The notes under the pieces: generated by a model | Told to the model about the DNA's origin: nothing | The model's input: only the letters and a program-made list of their open reading frames with translations | Database searches by the model: none | DNA from: a virus | Lineage: Duplodnaviria; Caudoviricetes | Reading direction: 5' to 3' (one strand) | IMG/VR virus record: IMGVR_UViG_3300026493_000002 | DNA: 64,000 nucleotides | Part shown: positions 34,822 through 44,467 of the stretch, piece after piece | Layout: each line of letters starts with the position of its first letter | Position numbering within the stretch: the first letter of the stretch is position 1 | Translations under genes and position numbers: made by a program

Positions 34822-36327
34822 ATGAACACCAAGACCAAGACCACCAAAGAAGCCGGCCGCGCGATGAAGAAGAAAAAGAACCCGGTCGCCGCAGCGCAGA
34901 AGGCAGCAGTCGTGAAGAAGGCGGTTGCCAAACCCGAATCCAAGATCGGCCTTGCGGGACGCGGTCAGGCCGTCATCATGTGCGGTGGCCTGACTCTGGA
35001 GCAGTCGCTCGAAAAGATCCGTGAACTCCCGAGCGCATCGGTGATCCAAGCCGAAGTGCTGTGGAACACTGACTTCTCGATCACGCCGAAGACGAGAAAG
35101 AAGTGGCGCACGGCCGCATCCGCCGTCCTCCTCGCCGACCTCATTGAGGAGCTCAGCCAGGATTCGATCATCGACACGCGCGAGTATCTGGCCGCGTTGC
35201 AGAACGATATCGGTATCATCCGCTGGACCAAACCCGCTGCAAAGAAAAAGCAGGCTACTCCCGTGTCGACGCCTGCACCGCTTCCGTCCGTCCCCACGCC
35301 GAACGCGGTGATTATCGGCGGCCGCACGTTCACCCAGATCCTCCAGATCTTTGGCGCCATGCCGCAGAAGACGATGAACTCGGTGGTCGCCACGTGGAAC
35401 GAATGGGAGGACGAGATTAACCGCGGCCCCAACGTGACCCGTGCGAAGCTGACGCCCGAAGAGTTCACTGCCCACCTGCAGAAGGTGTACGACGGCCCTA
35501 ACGGGTTTGAAACCGTACGCGGGTTCTGCCACTACCTGATGCACGAAGAGGGCCTGATCGACTGGAACAAGACCAAGCTGCCGCTGCCGCTGCCCGAAGA
35601 GTTCTTCGCCGAAGCTCCCGAAGAGCGCAAAATACCGTCCAAAGCCGTCATCCAGGCAGCCGCCAGGGCGTCGAAAAAGGGCAGTGGCGTACACAATACG
35701 AGTTGCTCCCAGTTGAACAAGATTCGCACCGAAACCGTCGCGGCTCTTGTCATGCGTGGTGCCGATCCCCAAAAGCTGGGCCTGGCACCGCAGTCGCACC
35801 ATGCCAACGCGATCTGCGAATCCGAGGCGGTCGAGGCCGTCACCGTCCAGTACATCAATCATCGTATGATGGAAGTGGTGATGATCCTCGGCCCTCTCGG
35901 CAAGTCCAAGACGTACCGTGCGCTGTCGGCAACCGGTGACGAAATGTGGGTGCATCCCGCGCAGATCGTCAACGTGCGGGAAGACGTGACGGTCGGCTTT
36001 GCCGAAGTCCTCGAGGCCGCCAACGACCAACTCCACCTGGGTCGCAATCCCACCGCACTCCTCTACTTCATGAAGGAGTACAACGCCTACCTGACCTACG
36101 GCGGCAACGTCTACACCGCAGGCAGCCGCGTGCCGTTGTTCACCGCCGACAAGTCGGTCATCAAGGATCTGGAGAATCAGCCGGGTGTCGTCGAGCGCCT
36201 GATCTGGGACAAGGGCAGCGACCTGTGCAAGGTGCTGTGCGTCGAATCCGATCCGGTCGTCCGCAAGCTGCAGGTCGAAATCAACTTCGAGGATCGCGCT
36301 CGCAAGCTCGAAGACGTCCTGAACTGA
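34822..36327 (+). CDS. hypothetical multidomain protein
   Basis: 501 aa, AAGG RBS, Lys/Ala-rich N-terminus. Confidence 0.8.
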   Translation: MNTKTKTTKEAGRAMKKKKNPVAAAQKAAVVKKAVAKPESKIGLAGRGQAVIMCGGLTLEQSLEKIRELPSASVIQAEVLWNTDFSITPKTRKKWRTAASAVLLADLIEELSQDSIIDTREYLAALQNDIGIIRWTKPAAKKKQATPVSTPAPLPSVPTPNAVIIGGRTFTQILQIFGAMPQKTMNSVVATWNEWEDEINRGPNVTRAKLTPEEFTAHLQKVYDGPNGFETVRGFCHYLMHEEGLIDWNKTKLPLPLPEEFFAEAPEERKIPSKAVIQAAARASKKGSGVHNTSCSQLNKIRTETVAALVMRGADPQKLGLAPQSHHANAICESEAVEAVTVQYINHRMMEVVMILGPLGKSKTYRALSATGDEMWVHPAQIVNVREDVTVGFAEVLEAANDQLHLGRNPTALLYFMKEYNAYLTYGGNVYTAGSRVPLFTADKSVIKDLENQPGVVERLIWDKGSDLCKVLCVESDPVVRKLQVEINFEDRARKLEDVLN

Positions 36328-36338
36328 TCCATCCCAAG

Positions 36339-36368
36339 GCCCCTGCCCTAACCCGGCAGGGGCTTTTT
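36339..36368 (+). terminator. intrinsic terminator
   Basis: GCCCCTGCC/GGCAGGGGC 9-bp stem + TTTTT. Confidence 0.85.
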
Positions 36369-36452
36369 CGTTGTGGTGAAGATACCGTGAAATCTCAAAC
36401 CCGAACTGTTCGCCTCTGAGGCGCTGTCTGACACGGCTTGTTAGCAAGACTC

Positions 36453-36522
36453 TTGACGACTCTAACAGACTGTGTTATACTGAAAGTGCGACGAATCTAA
36501 CAGAAACAACGATTCGGGTTTG
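36453..36522 (+). promoter_or_regulatory. early sigma70 promoter cassette 2
   Basis: TTGACG(36453)-17 bp-TATACT(36476); ATTCGGGTTTG at 36512. Confidence 0.85.
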
Positions 36523-36560
36523 CGATCCTACCAAAACTACAACATCAAGGAATTGCTAAA

Positions 36561-36914
36561 ATGAAGACCCTGACTTTCGCTGCTGCCAAGAAGATCATCA
36601 AGAGCGTTGCCGACGAGCGCAGCATCTGGAACCAAAGTAGCAGCTTCCACCGCGGCGGTTACTGCGTCCTGTTCGACCGCTGGAACAACAATCGCGGTCA
36701 TCACGTCAAACTGGAATTGACCTTCATTCAGAGCGGCGCGGTCCTGCTGGCATGTGTCGGCGCGGTCGACACTCACACGGGCCGCGACTACGAATCGAAC
36801 TTCATGCGCGGTCCTGAACTGCGCGCGGCAATTCAGGTTGCGGCCCAGACGACCGGCCTGAGCAAGAAGCAGGCGAGCGAAGTCATCGCGTATCTCGACG
36901 CGCTGGTCGCCTGA
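36561..36914 (+). CDS. tandem paralog 1 of 3
   Basis: C-terminal GxxLRxxIxxxxxxxGLxxxxxxxxxxxLD shared with next two genes. Confidence 0.8.
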   Translation: MKTLTFAAAKKIIKSVADERSIWNQSSSFHRGGYCVLFDRWNNNRGHHVKLELTFIQSGAVLLACVGAVDTHTGRDYESNFMRGPELRAAIQVAAQTTGLSKKQASEVIAYLDALVA

Positions 36915-36958
36915 TTCAAACTCAAACCCGAATCATTCAATCTACAGGGAATTCACCA

Positions 36959-37363
36959 ATGTCCAAGTTCAATCGCAACAAGCTCGACCTCGTCGACCTG
37001 CTGGAAACCGCCGACCACTTCATGTCCAAAGCGGGTTACATCACCACGCTGCACGCGAGTCGCCGTCGTCGCGGCAAGCGTCGTAACCCCGAAGTGACTG
37101 CCGAAGGCAAGCGCATGATTCGCGCCGATGACGGCAAGCGCTGGAGCTACGTGCTGACGTTCAAGGTCATCAAGGATCAACTGATGGCTTCCTTCTGTGT
37201 CGAAGGCGATCACGCGCAGAACGAAGACGCGCCGAGCCATTTCAGCGTCTTCGCTCAAGGCAGGCTGCTGCGCAAGAACATTGTTCGGATCTGCAAGAAG
37301 GCTGGACTGCCGATGGCTCTCGCCAACGACGTGTGCGCCGCGCTGGACCGTATCAAGGGCTAA
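36959..37363 (+). CDS. tandem paralog 2 of 3
   Basis: GRLLRKNIVRICKKAGLPMALANDVCAALD. Confidence 0.8.
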   Translation: MSKFNRNKLDLVDLLETADHFMSKAGYITTLHASRRRRGKRRNPEVTAEGKRMIRADDGKRWSYVLTFKVIKDQLMASFCVEGDHAQNEDAPSHFSVFAQGRLLRKNIVRICKKAGLPMALANDVCAALDRIKG

Positions 37364-37415
37364 ACCCGAAACACTCCGCTTCACCAATCGAATCTACTAC
37401 TCTCTGGAGAACACC

Positions 37416-37802
37416 ATGTCCAAGTCTGTCGCCATCAACGCCAACAACCTCAACGCCAAGCAACTGATCGACGCCGTCACGAAGCGCGCCGAGTTCGACT
37501 CCATGGAGGTTGTCAACGCGCGCTCCAAGTTCAACAAGCACGCGGTTGCCATCGAGTTCCCCGCCGTAAAGGGCAAGAAGAAGGCTGAGTGGATGCCGAC
37601 CCTCGTTTTCATGGCCCACGACATTGACGGGTTGACTGCTCGCCTCCATCTGGAAGAGTGGGAAGGTGAAGGTTACATCGAAACGGAATACACCAACGGC
37701 GCCAAGCTGCGTAAGCGCATCCAGAAGGCTGCGAAGAAGGCTGGCATCAAGAAGAAGGCGGTCAAGGACTTCACCAACTTCCTGGACAGCCTCGTTGGCT
37801 AA
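37416..37802 (+). CDS. tandem paralog 3 of 3 (start ATG 37416)
   Basis: GAKLRKRIQKAAKKAGIKKKAVKDFTNFLD; GGAG RBS. Confidence 0.8.
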   Translation: MSKSVAINANNLNAKQLIDAVTKRAEFDSMEVVNARSKFNKHAVAIEFPAVKGKKKAEWMPTLVFMAHDIDGLTARLHLEEWEGEGYIETEYTNGAKLRKRIQKAAKKAGIKKKAVKDFTNFLDSLVG

Positions 37803-37845
37803 ACCCGAAGAGCGCCATATCAACCAAGTCGAATGTGAGTCTACA

Positions 37846-38988
37846 ATGTCTACGATCAAATCACTGAACATCTACAACGTTGCCGATATCGGTCAGTACG
37901 TCGAGCGGGTTATCTCCGACGTCCGTGAGGCTCACATTCGCACTTGGTTCCGTACCACCTACCTGCGTTGGTTCCGGCACGAATCGGACAACGTGCGTAT
38001 CATGGTTCCGGGCGTGTTTCGCAACCTGCACGAACCCTTCGGCCTGCGTTCGACAAAGACGGACGTGCTGGCGACGTCCTTGAAGCATGACGTGTTCCAC
38101 TTTGTGGACGATTACCCCACGGAGCAGTGGGCCATCGACGCGATGCTTCACGGTAAGCTGTTGTGGTGGGTTGAGCCGCGTCGTCGCGCGACGGACATTC
38201 TGCGCCACTGGATCGACTTCATGCGCACGCTGCCTGCCGATAAGCCGATTCGCCAAAGCGTTGACGCCATGATCGAAGCCGTGCGGAAGTACGATGAAAT
38301 GCTGGAGCGCCAGAAGTTGATCGACAACCTCAACGACGGCGTTTTGAAGGTTCACGAAGATCCGCAACGTGGGTTCCAGATAGTTCGTCTCGACACGAGG
38401 GAGGCAGTGCGCGCCGAGGGCGCCTACATGAAACACTGCATCTGGACCAGTCGATATGATTTGCGCCTGCACACTAGGCTGTTCTCAATCCGTTCAATCG
38501 AAACTGGTTTGCCGCTAGCCTCTATTGAAGTGCGCGCCGCCTCGATCAGGCTGCCTGCGGACAAGGTCAAGACGTTCTGCGGCTTGTCGGTATTCAAACG
38601 CGAGTTCATGGACTTCGACGGTTATGTGCTTGTGCAGGTCTCAGGGCCGCGCAACCGTGAAGTCGCTGACGAAGTTCTCGCCAGTGTCAACGAGTGGTTT
38701 GTTGATTCCTGCGATCATCGGGTCAACTTGGTATCTCCTCCGCCGGAAGGAAATCCGACCTACGTCTTCGAGGTCTCCGGCAAGAGTGAATACGGTGACG
38801 ACGATGACGATGGTGAAAACGACGCCCACTTTGACGACGGTGAAGCTGACGGCGAGGACGATGATGATGACGCCGAGGACGAAGCCGAACCGGAAAACGA
38901 CGATGACAAGGACAAAGCCGAGGACGAGGACTTCGACGACGAAGCCATCGAAGAAATCAGTGCCGCCCTTGATTACGTCGATGACTAA
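37846..38988 (+). CDS. PcfJ-like domain protein with acidic tail
   Basis: AEGAYMKHCI...LFSIR; paralog of 50930-52204. Confidence 0.7.
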   Translation: MSTIKSLNIYNVADIGQYVERVISDVREAHIRTWFRTTYLRWFRHESDNVRIMVPGVFRNLHEPFGLRSTKTDVLATSLKHDVFHFVDDYPTEQWAIDAMLHGKLLWWVEPRRRATDILRHWIDFMRTLPADKPIRQSVDAMIEAVRKYDEMLERQKLIDNLNDGVLKVHEDPQRGFQIVRLDTREAVRAEGAYMKHCIWTSRYDLRLHTRLFSIRSIETGLPLASIEVRAASIRLPADKVKTFCGLSVFKREFMDFDGYVLVQVSGPRNREVADEVLASVNEWFVDSCDHRVNLVSPPPEGNPTYVFEVSGKSEYGDDDDDGENDAHFDDGEADGEDDDDDAEDEAEPENDDDKDKAEDEDFDDEAIEEISAALDYVDD

Positions 38989-39022
38989 CTGAAACACCTA
39001 CAACTTTCTACAGGAAACACCC

Positions 39023-39295
39023 ATGAACACCCAGACGATCCTCACCCAGAACAATAAGCACTTCCTCCTCAGCGAAGGCGCAACCAAGATCGTCAAGGCG
39101 CTCCAGAAAGCAGGCGACAACGGCCTGACCTATGCCGAGCTCCAGACGAAGACTAAGACGGCACAGGCCTCCATCTACGTGTTCGCGCAGCGTCTGCGCG
39201 ACGCCAAGCTGGTCGACACGAAAGAAGGCACCATCAAGCGTCTGGTGTTGAAGAACGCCAAGACTGTTTCCATTGGAAACGCAACCCGACTTTGA
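39023..39295 (+). CDS. winged helix-turn-helix protein
   Basis: IVKAL...LTYAELQTKT...SIYVFAQRLRDAKLV. Confidence 0.7.
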   Translation: MNTQTILTQNNKHFLLSEGATKIVKALQKAGDNGLTYAELQTKTKTAQASIYVFAQRLRDAKLVDTKEGTIKRLVLKNAKTVSIGNATRL

Positions 39296-39305
39296 GGTAA
39301 AGAAC

Positions 39306-39785
39306 ATGGACAACAGGAGCCAGTGGCACGTACACAGTAACGCCGCAGTACGGATGAACGGATCGGGTTCAAGCATAGCCGATGAAGTTCAGGTCACCTA
39401 CTACAACAACTGCGGCCTACAACCACGTAGCGAAGACACGCTGCGACACAAGATGGCTGAGCGCGTTACGTCGCTTCTGAACCAGTTGCCTCAGGACGAA
39501 TTTGGCATGCCCTGCTTGCCTGATGACTTCGAGAGCCTGCTTCGCAAAGCGAAGAACTGGGACGACCTGCAGGAAGTGCGTAGACAGTCCTACGCCAACA
39601 GCACCGATCCTGATCCAATGTGGAAGCGACTGGCGCTGCAGGGCAAGGTAACAGATGCGATCAAGTCGCACCGCATTTTGCACGGTAGCAGTCTCGCCGA
39701 ATCGCGCGACGTTGTGAACCACTACATCAACAATCAGAACAAGGGCGGCGACACCTCGCTGAACTCCGTTCTGGAACGACCGTAA
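39306..39785 (+). CDS. hypothetical protein
   Basis: ATG 39306, GAGGT RBS. Confidence 0.7.
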   Translation: MDNRSQWHVHSNAAVRMNGSGSSIADEVQVTYYNNCGLQPRSEDTLRHKMAERVTSLLNQLPQDEFGMPCLPDDFESLLRKAKNWDDLQEVRRQSYANSTDPDPMWKRLALQGKVTDAIKSHRILHGSSLAESRDVVNHYINNQNKGGDTSLNSVLERP

Positions 39786-39801
39786 ATAGGAGAACACCGC
39801 A

Positions 39802-40137
39802 ATGAACGTCAAGAACACCGAACTGCCGCAGAACGTGAGCGACACCCTGAACAAGCTGGTCGGCACCCTGAACGAACAGGATCGCCTGCGTCTCGCAACG
39901 GCCCTGATGCTGTCGATCCCGCACACGCTGATGGGCCCGACCATCGGCGCAGCGAACAACATGATCCACGCTGACGCCAACATGGATCGCGCCCATGAAG
40001 TGCTGCGCGTCTTCTCGCACGTGGAACGCGACGTTCGCTTGCACGTCGAGGCGCTGGTGAAAACCGGTGTGGAACTCAGCACTCTGGCCACGGTGCTGAA
40101 CTACGTGAAGCCCGACCCCGAGCCGGTAGAGGCTTGA
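39802..40137 (+). CDS. hypothetical protein
   Basis: AGGAG RBS. Confidence 0.8.
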   Translation: MNVKNTELPQNVSDTLNKLVGTLNEQDRLRLATALMLSIPHTLMGPTIGAANNMIHADANMDRAHEVLRVFSHVERDVRLHVEALVKTGVELSTLATVLNYVKPDPEPVEA

Positions 40138-40141
40138 CCGC

Positions 40142-40384
40142 ATGGCGGCCGCAGTACCAACGAAAGCGCAGGCAGCAAAAGCGTGGCGCGACCTGAAAGC
40201 CGCCGAGTCGGATATGGCTCGGCTCAAGACGTACAAGCGCATGGATCAGTCTATGCGCTCTCGCTACAACAGGATGCGGGACCTCCACTTTGAGAGCGAA
40301 CGCATCCTGACCGCATTCTTCTCTGGCAAGCCCTACACGGCGCCTGCTGCCGAAGAACCCATGGACGACAATCTGCCGTTCTAA
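40142..40384 (+). CDS. hypothetical protein
   Basis: GAGG RBS. Confidence 0.7.
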   Translation: MAAAVPTKAQAAKAWRDLKAAESDMARLKTYKRMDQSMRSRYNRMRDLHFESERILTAFFSGKPYTAPAAEEPMDDNLPF

Positions 40385-40423
40385 CCGAAGTACAATCCCT
40401 AAAACTACAACAAGAGGTGTCAT

Positions 40424-40732
40424 ATGAAATACCGTATCGCAATCATCGTCGCAGCCGCATTGGCAATCACTGCCTGTTCGGAGAGCAAACCCGAGCCGGC
40501 GAGCATCGAACGTTCCTTGCCTCACTTCATCGTGAACTGCAAGGAACAGTACAAGCGCAACAACAACCAGACCATCGACACGCCGCTGATGTTCCAGTAT
40601 TGCGGCTGTCTCAGCAACACCTGGGCGGCCGAGACCAGCAACGGTCGCACGGAGCAGAACAAAGTCTTCCAGAACGAAATGCTCGCGCGATGCCGCGAAG
40701 TCACCGCCGTCACGCAGCCGAAGGGGAACTGA
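40424..40732 (+). CDS. putative lipoprotein (Cys-rich)
   Basis: lipobox ITAC; C, YCGC, CRE. Confidence 0.75.
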   Translation: MKYRIAIIVAAALAITACSESKPEPASIERSLPHFIVNCKEQYKRNNNQTIDTPLMFQYCGCLSNTWAAETSNGRTEQNKVFQNEMLARCREVTAVTQPKGN

Positions 40733-40734
40733 AC

Positions 40735-41049
40735 ATGAAGCGCACCATGATGCTGCTCGCACCGACCGCCGTGCTGCTGATTGCAGCCGCCTGCTCCAAC
40801 AACGAGGTCGCTACGCGGCCTCCGAACCAGCCCGACTTTGTTCTCCAGTGTCGGGCCGACATTCACAACATGACTGGCTCCAGCAAGGTCAGTCCTCTCG
40901 CTGACGCCTATTGCCTGTGCGTCAACGTTGAAGCACTGGATATCAGCGGTGGCTACGCTCGCAGCATCAACCCGAGCGAACGCAACACCATCGTGTCCAT
41001 GTGCCGCGAGAAAGCGGAGCTCAACGTAACCCAACGCCCGGTGAATTGA
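40735..41049 (+). CDS. putative lipoprotein (Cys-rich), paralog of upstream gene
   Basis: lipobox AAAC; C, YCLC, CRE. Confidence 0.75.
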   Translation: MKRTMMLLAPTAVLLIAAACSNNEVATRPPNQPDFVLQCRADIHNMTGSSKVSPLADAYCLCVNVEALDISGGYARSINPSERNTIVSMCREKAELNVTQRPVN

Positions 41050-41050
41050 C

Positions 41051-41356
41051 ATGGCCGCTTCCAGGAAGAAGACGACGTTTCAGGTTGCAGTCGATCTGGA
41101 GGACGTCAACACCAGCGACTGGTACCCGCTTGAAGGTACATCGGCAAATCCGGTACCGGAAATGCTTCCGCACTTGATGCACTCCGGGTCCTACGAAAGT
41201 CTCACGATCAAGGTGCGTAAGCGTATCAAGGCCGAGGCGCGTAAGGCCCGCCGCGAAATGAAGTACAAGATCGCGGTGGAGGTTCTGCACTACGATCCGA
41301 CCGACATTGACGAATCCATCGGCACGTTCTTGGTCGCCAACGTCACCATGTGGTAA
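41051..41356 (+). CDS. hypothetical protein
   Basis: packed ORF. Confidence 0.7.
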   Translation: MAASRKKTTFQVAVDLEDVNTSDWYPLEGTSANPVPEMLPHLMHSGSYESLTIKVRKRIKAEARKARREMKYKIAVEVLHYDPTDIDESIGTFLVANVTMW

Positions 41357-41393
41357 CAGGCTTCAACATCCCTCAACTACCCAAACTACAACA

Positions 41394-41996
41394 ATGCCCC
41401 AGAATAATCGTCCCTTCCTGAGCATCGAAGACCTGGTAGCAGCGGCCCTCGATCACGACTACGTGTCCAACAATCGCCGTCTCGTTCGTTTCGACCTGAA
41501 TCAAATCCGTGTGGCTATTCGCGCACGGTTTGTCACCAAGCCGATGCTGTCCAAGATCTTCGGCATCTTGGAAGAGAAGCAGTACATCATCATGCGGCCT
41601 AGTGACTTGGCGGAAATCATCCCGTCCGAGTTCGAGGACGTGTACGTGATGATGAAGCGTCCTCCGATGATGGTGGCGTCGACCATCATGTTCGGGCCTG
41701 ACGATCTGGACCGCGCCGAATTGCGACTGCTCGGTGAAGTGGAGCTCGCAGACGGCAGCCGCATCAAGCACGGCAAGGTCAAGCGCGTGCCCGCCAACGG
41801 TGACTGGATCAAGTACCGCGACAAGAAGGGCGCCATCCACGACGTGCTGGTTGTTGACGTTCGCCGTGATGGCTCCTCCAAGCACTTCGCGTACACGGTG
41901 TTGGCCCGTGTCGGCAAGGCGGGCAAGATCGACAGCATCGACATTACGGCTGACTCCGTGGTCGAACTCGGCCGCAGTTCGTTCGAGGGGAAGTGA
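41394..41996 (+). CDS. hypothetical protein with C-terminal SH3/KOW-like domain
   Basis: ATG 41394; NGDWIKYR...VLVVDV. Confidence 0.7.
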   Translation: MPQNNRPFLSIEDLVAAALDHDYVSNNRRLVRFDLNQIRVAIRARFVTKPMLSKIFGILEEKQYIIMRPSDLAEIIPSEFEDVYVMMKRPPMMVASTIMFGPDDLDRAELRLLGEVELADGSRIKHGKVKRVPANGDWIKYRDKKGAIHDVLVVDVRRDGSSKHFAYTVLARVGKAGKIDSIDITADSVVELGRSSFEGK

Positions 41997-42388
41997 GCAT
42001 GTCGGTATCACGCAACAGTAGTCACGTCAACTCCAGTGTGGAGTGCCCGCGCTGCCTCGCTCTTCCCGGCGAGCGTTGCCGCACCAAGATGAACCGCCCG
42101 TTCGTTGCCGAGTGTGACGCTCACCAGGAACGGGTTGCTGTCGTCAAGGCAAATCTGGCGGAGTTCGAGATTCTGAAAGAACGCGCGCGTGCTGCTGCGC
42201 AGGTCAACGTCGGCAAGATGGATCCGCGCGCGGCCGAGTTCGTGTACCACTACACGCGCCTGTGTCGCCGTCTCGGCATCGCATTGGCCCACGAGGACGA
42301 TCGCGGTTCTTTCGTCATCACCGACCAGGACCTCCAAGACAACATCAACTGGGTCAGTCACGCCGACGTTCGACTCAAGGAGAAGTGA
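41993..42388 (+). CDS. Zn-finger protein
   Basis: CPRCLALPGERC...HQER. Confidence 0.7.
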   Translation: MSMSVSRNSSHVNSSVECPRCLALPGERCRTKMNRPFVAECDAHQERVAVVKANLAEFEILKERARAAAQVNVGKMDPRAAEFVYHYTRLCRRLGIALAHEDDRGSFVITDQDLQDNINWVSHADVRLKEK

Positions 42389-42389
42389 T

Positions 42390-42827
42390 ATGAACCATCG
42401 CCGCAGAATGGAAATCGCCGAGAAGCTGCGGGTTGCGCTCCAGACCAAGAACGCTGCCGAACGGCGTTCAGGCTTCACTCGCGCAGCAACCGTCGAAATC
42501 TTCAAGACGGAATGCAGCCAGTTGATCGACAAGCACGGAGCCGAGCTTCTGGAACTGATGGAAGCCGTGAGCGAAGAAGAGTCGACCGAGCCTGATGACG
42601 GCCCGAAAGTCTTCGCCGATATTGAGTCTCTGCGCTCGGAGTTCAACGAAGCATCGGACGCGCATTCGGCCTTGAACACCAGTCCGAAGGCACTGGCCAA
42701 CTTTGAACGCTCGGCTGGTGTCTTCTTCGCTGCCAACATGAACATCATCCGCGACTGGCTGGCGGGCAAGAAGATCGTTGCGCTCAACAGCGATGGCAGT
42801 GTCAGCGATACGAAGCTCGGCGGTTGA
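42390..42827 (+). CDS. hypothetical protein
   Basis: ATG 42390, AAGGAG RBS. Confidence 0.7.
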   Translation: MNHRRRMEIAEKLRVALQTKNAAERRSGFTRAATVEIFKTECSQLIDKHGAELLELMEAVSEEESTEPDDGPKVFADIESLRSEFNEASDAHSALNTSPKALANFERSAGVFFAANMNIIRDWLAGKKIVALNSDGSVSDTKLGG

Positions 42828-42830
42828 GCC

Positions 42831-43238
42831 ATGAAGGGCCAGAAGAAGAAAGCCTTGTGGGCAGCAAAGCGTGCGGCCAATGCCGAGAAGCGCGAAGCCG
42901 AACGCAAGGCAAACACCGCCAAGCCCTTCAGGAAGAAGCGCGAGTTTGTAGAACTGAAACCCCGTGACTCCAAGTACGTCATCACCGATGAAATGAAGCG
43001 AGCCGCGGAAGCACCGTCTGCTGCAATGCCTGCACCAACTGGAGTCGTGCGGGTCGACGGCAAGAAGGCCAAGCGCAACATGGGCGAGGACGAGTATGCC
43101 CGTCGTGAGGCCGAAGCGCAGAAAGAAATCAAGCGCAAGAAGACCAAGGTCGCCCCGCTCTACAACAAGGGCGGGTATCAGTACGTGGGCGACGACGCGC
43201 CGCCTGAAATCATCAAGAACCTGGGAAGAAAGGTATGA
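42831..43238 (+). CDS. hypothetical basic protein
   Basis: C-terminal KVAPLYNKGGYQYV. Confidence 0.75.
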   Translation: MKGQKKKALWAAKRAANAEKREAERKANTAKPFRKKREFVELKPRDSKYVITDEMKRAAEAPSAAMPAPTGVVRVDGKKAKRNMGEDEYARREAEAQKEIKRKKTKVAPLYNKGGYQYVGDDAPPEIIKNLGRKV

Positions 43239-43630
43239 CTGACAAGAGCAACGCTTTCGACATTGCCAAGCCGTTTGGCACCGGCACCGTGCGCATTCTC
43301 ACTACGAGCCCGGCTACGCGCTTCTACTCTGGCGCAGCGTTTGAGAAGCTCCGCCGCGAACAGGAGGGGAGTCAGTGCCGTATCCACGAGGTGAAGGACA
43401 CGCCGCAAACCCGAACGATGCTGAACGCCTACAAGACCAAGGGCGTCAAGAGTCGTCGTCTGCGGAAGCGCGGTGTCATCGTGATGGGCAATCCCGTCGT
43501 GATGAATATGTCCTCAACGTTGTGCGAACGCATCGCAGCGAAGATTGTCGAGGTCGACACCAAGCAAAAGACCAAGCGTGACAACTGGAAGGCCCGCTAC
43601 AAGAAGCCGACCAAGCGAATCAAACGCTGA
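43235..43630 (+). CDS. hypothetical basic protein
   Basis: ATGA overlap. Confidence 0.7.
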   Translation: MTDKSNAFDIAKPFGTGTVRILTTSPATRFYSGAAFEKLRREQEGSQCRIHEVKDTPQTRTMLNAYKTKGVKSRRLRKRGVIVMGNPVVMNMSSTLCERIAAKIVEVDTKQKTKRDNWKARYKKPTKRIKR

Positions 43631-43640
43631 CGAGAAGATC

Positions 43641-43967
43641 ATGACCAATTCATTGAAAGGCGGCACTGAGACAATCCGTGCCGAACTGAAAGCGGCCGAG
43701 TATTCGCGCGGTGTGATCCACGACGTGATGCTGGAGCATGTGCCAATCGCCGATCTGCCTGGCGATCTGGGCATTCCCGATGCCGCCGTTATCGCCGTGA
43801 TCGACAGCATGACCGAAGACGAACTCCTCGAGGCTGGACGTTGGGGAGTGGACGACACGGTGGTGCGCGACACGATCTTCACCCGTTTGGAAGAGAACGG
43901 CCTGCCGCAAGCTGCACTCGATGCCATCAAGGAGCAGAAAGATGCCTACCGCACAGTATCGCCGTAA
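43641..43967 (+). CDS. hypothetical acidic protein
   Basis: ATG 43641. Confidence 0.65.
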   Translation: MTNSLKGGTETIRAELKAAEYSRGVIHDVMLEHVPIADLPGDLGIPDAAVIAVIDSMTEDELLEAGRWGVDDTVVRDTIFTRLEENGLPQAALDAIKEQKDAYRTVSP

Positions 43968-44457
43968 GTTCATCACCGAAGACACCCTCGGCATGAAGGT
44001 GCACAAGATCCTTCGGGCCAACGGTACGGAAGTCGCCACGATCTTCGCAACCACGATCAACACCGTGAATGCGGTCGTGGAAGAACTGAACAACGTGGCC
44101 CCGCCGCCGGACGTGCTTTTCCCTCACGGTCCGATGCGACTGCACAACGTCTTCAACTGGCGCATCGTCACTCGCCATCGCAACGGCGTGACGCACAGCA
44201 TCCGCACGCGCACCGGTCAGTACCACATGGCAGTCAACGCCATTTTGGCAATGCTCACTGTGGAGGAACTCGACTCGGTGACTCTCGCCAGCGGTGAGTT
44301 CCACGCCTGGATAGAAATCTGGATGAAGGACTTGGTCGATGCGAACGGGCCGTATCCCTACGTGTTCAATGGCCATTCGGCACAAGCCATCATCTACTCC
44401 GACGAAGAACTGGAAGCAGCCCGCTTCTCGATCCTCAACAACGCAGCAGAAGCCTGA
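43942..44457 (+). CDS. hypothetical protein
   Basis: ATG 43942 with AAGGAG RBS (alternative 43993). Confidence 0.65.
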   Translation: MPTAQYRRKFITEDTLGMKVHKILRANGTEVATIFATTINTVNAVVEELNNVAPPPDVLFPHGPMRLHNVFNWRIVTRHRNGVTHSIRTRTGQYHMAVNAILAMLTVEELDSVTLASGEFHAWIEIWMKDLVDANGPYPYVFNGHSAQAIIYSDEELEAARFSILNNAAEA

Positions 44458-44467
44458 GGTAAGCACT

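Noticed and set aside
32550-37810. CRISPR array from repeated AAACCCGA
   Set aside because: Repeats are only 9-13 nt, irregularly spaced and separated by whole genes; no cas genes.
38790-38960. Tandem DNA repeat (GAC/GAT/GAG-rich)
   Set aside because: Low-complexity Asp/Glu coding tract, not a discrete repeat unit.
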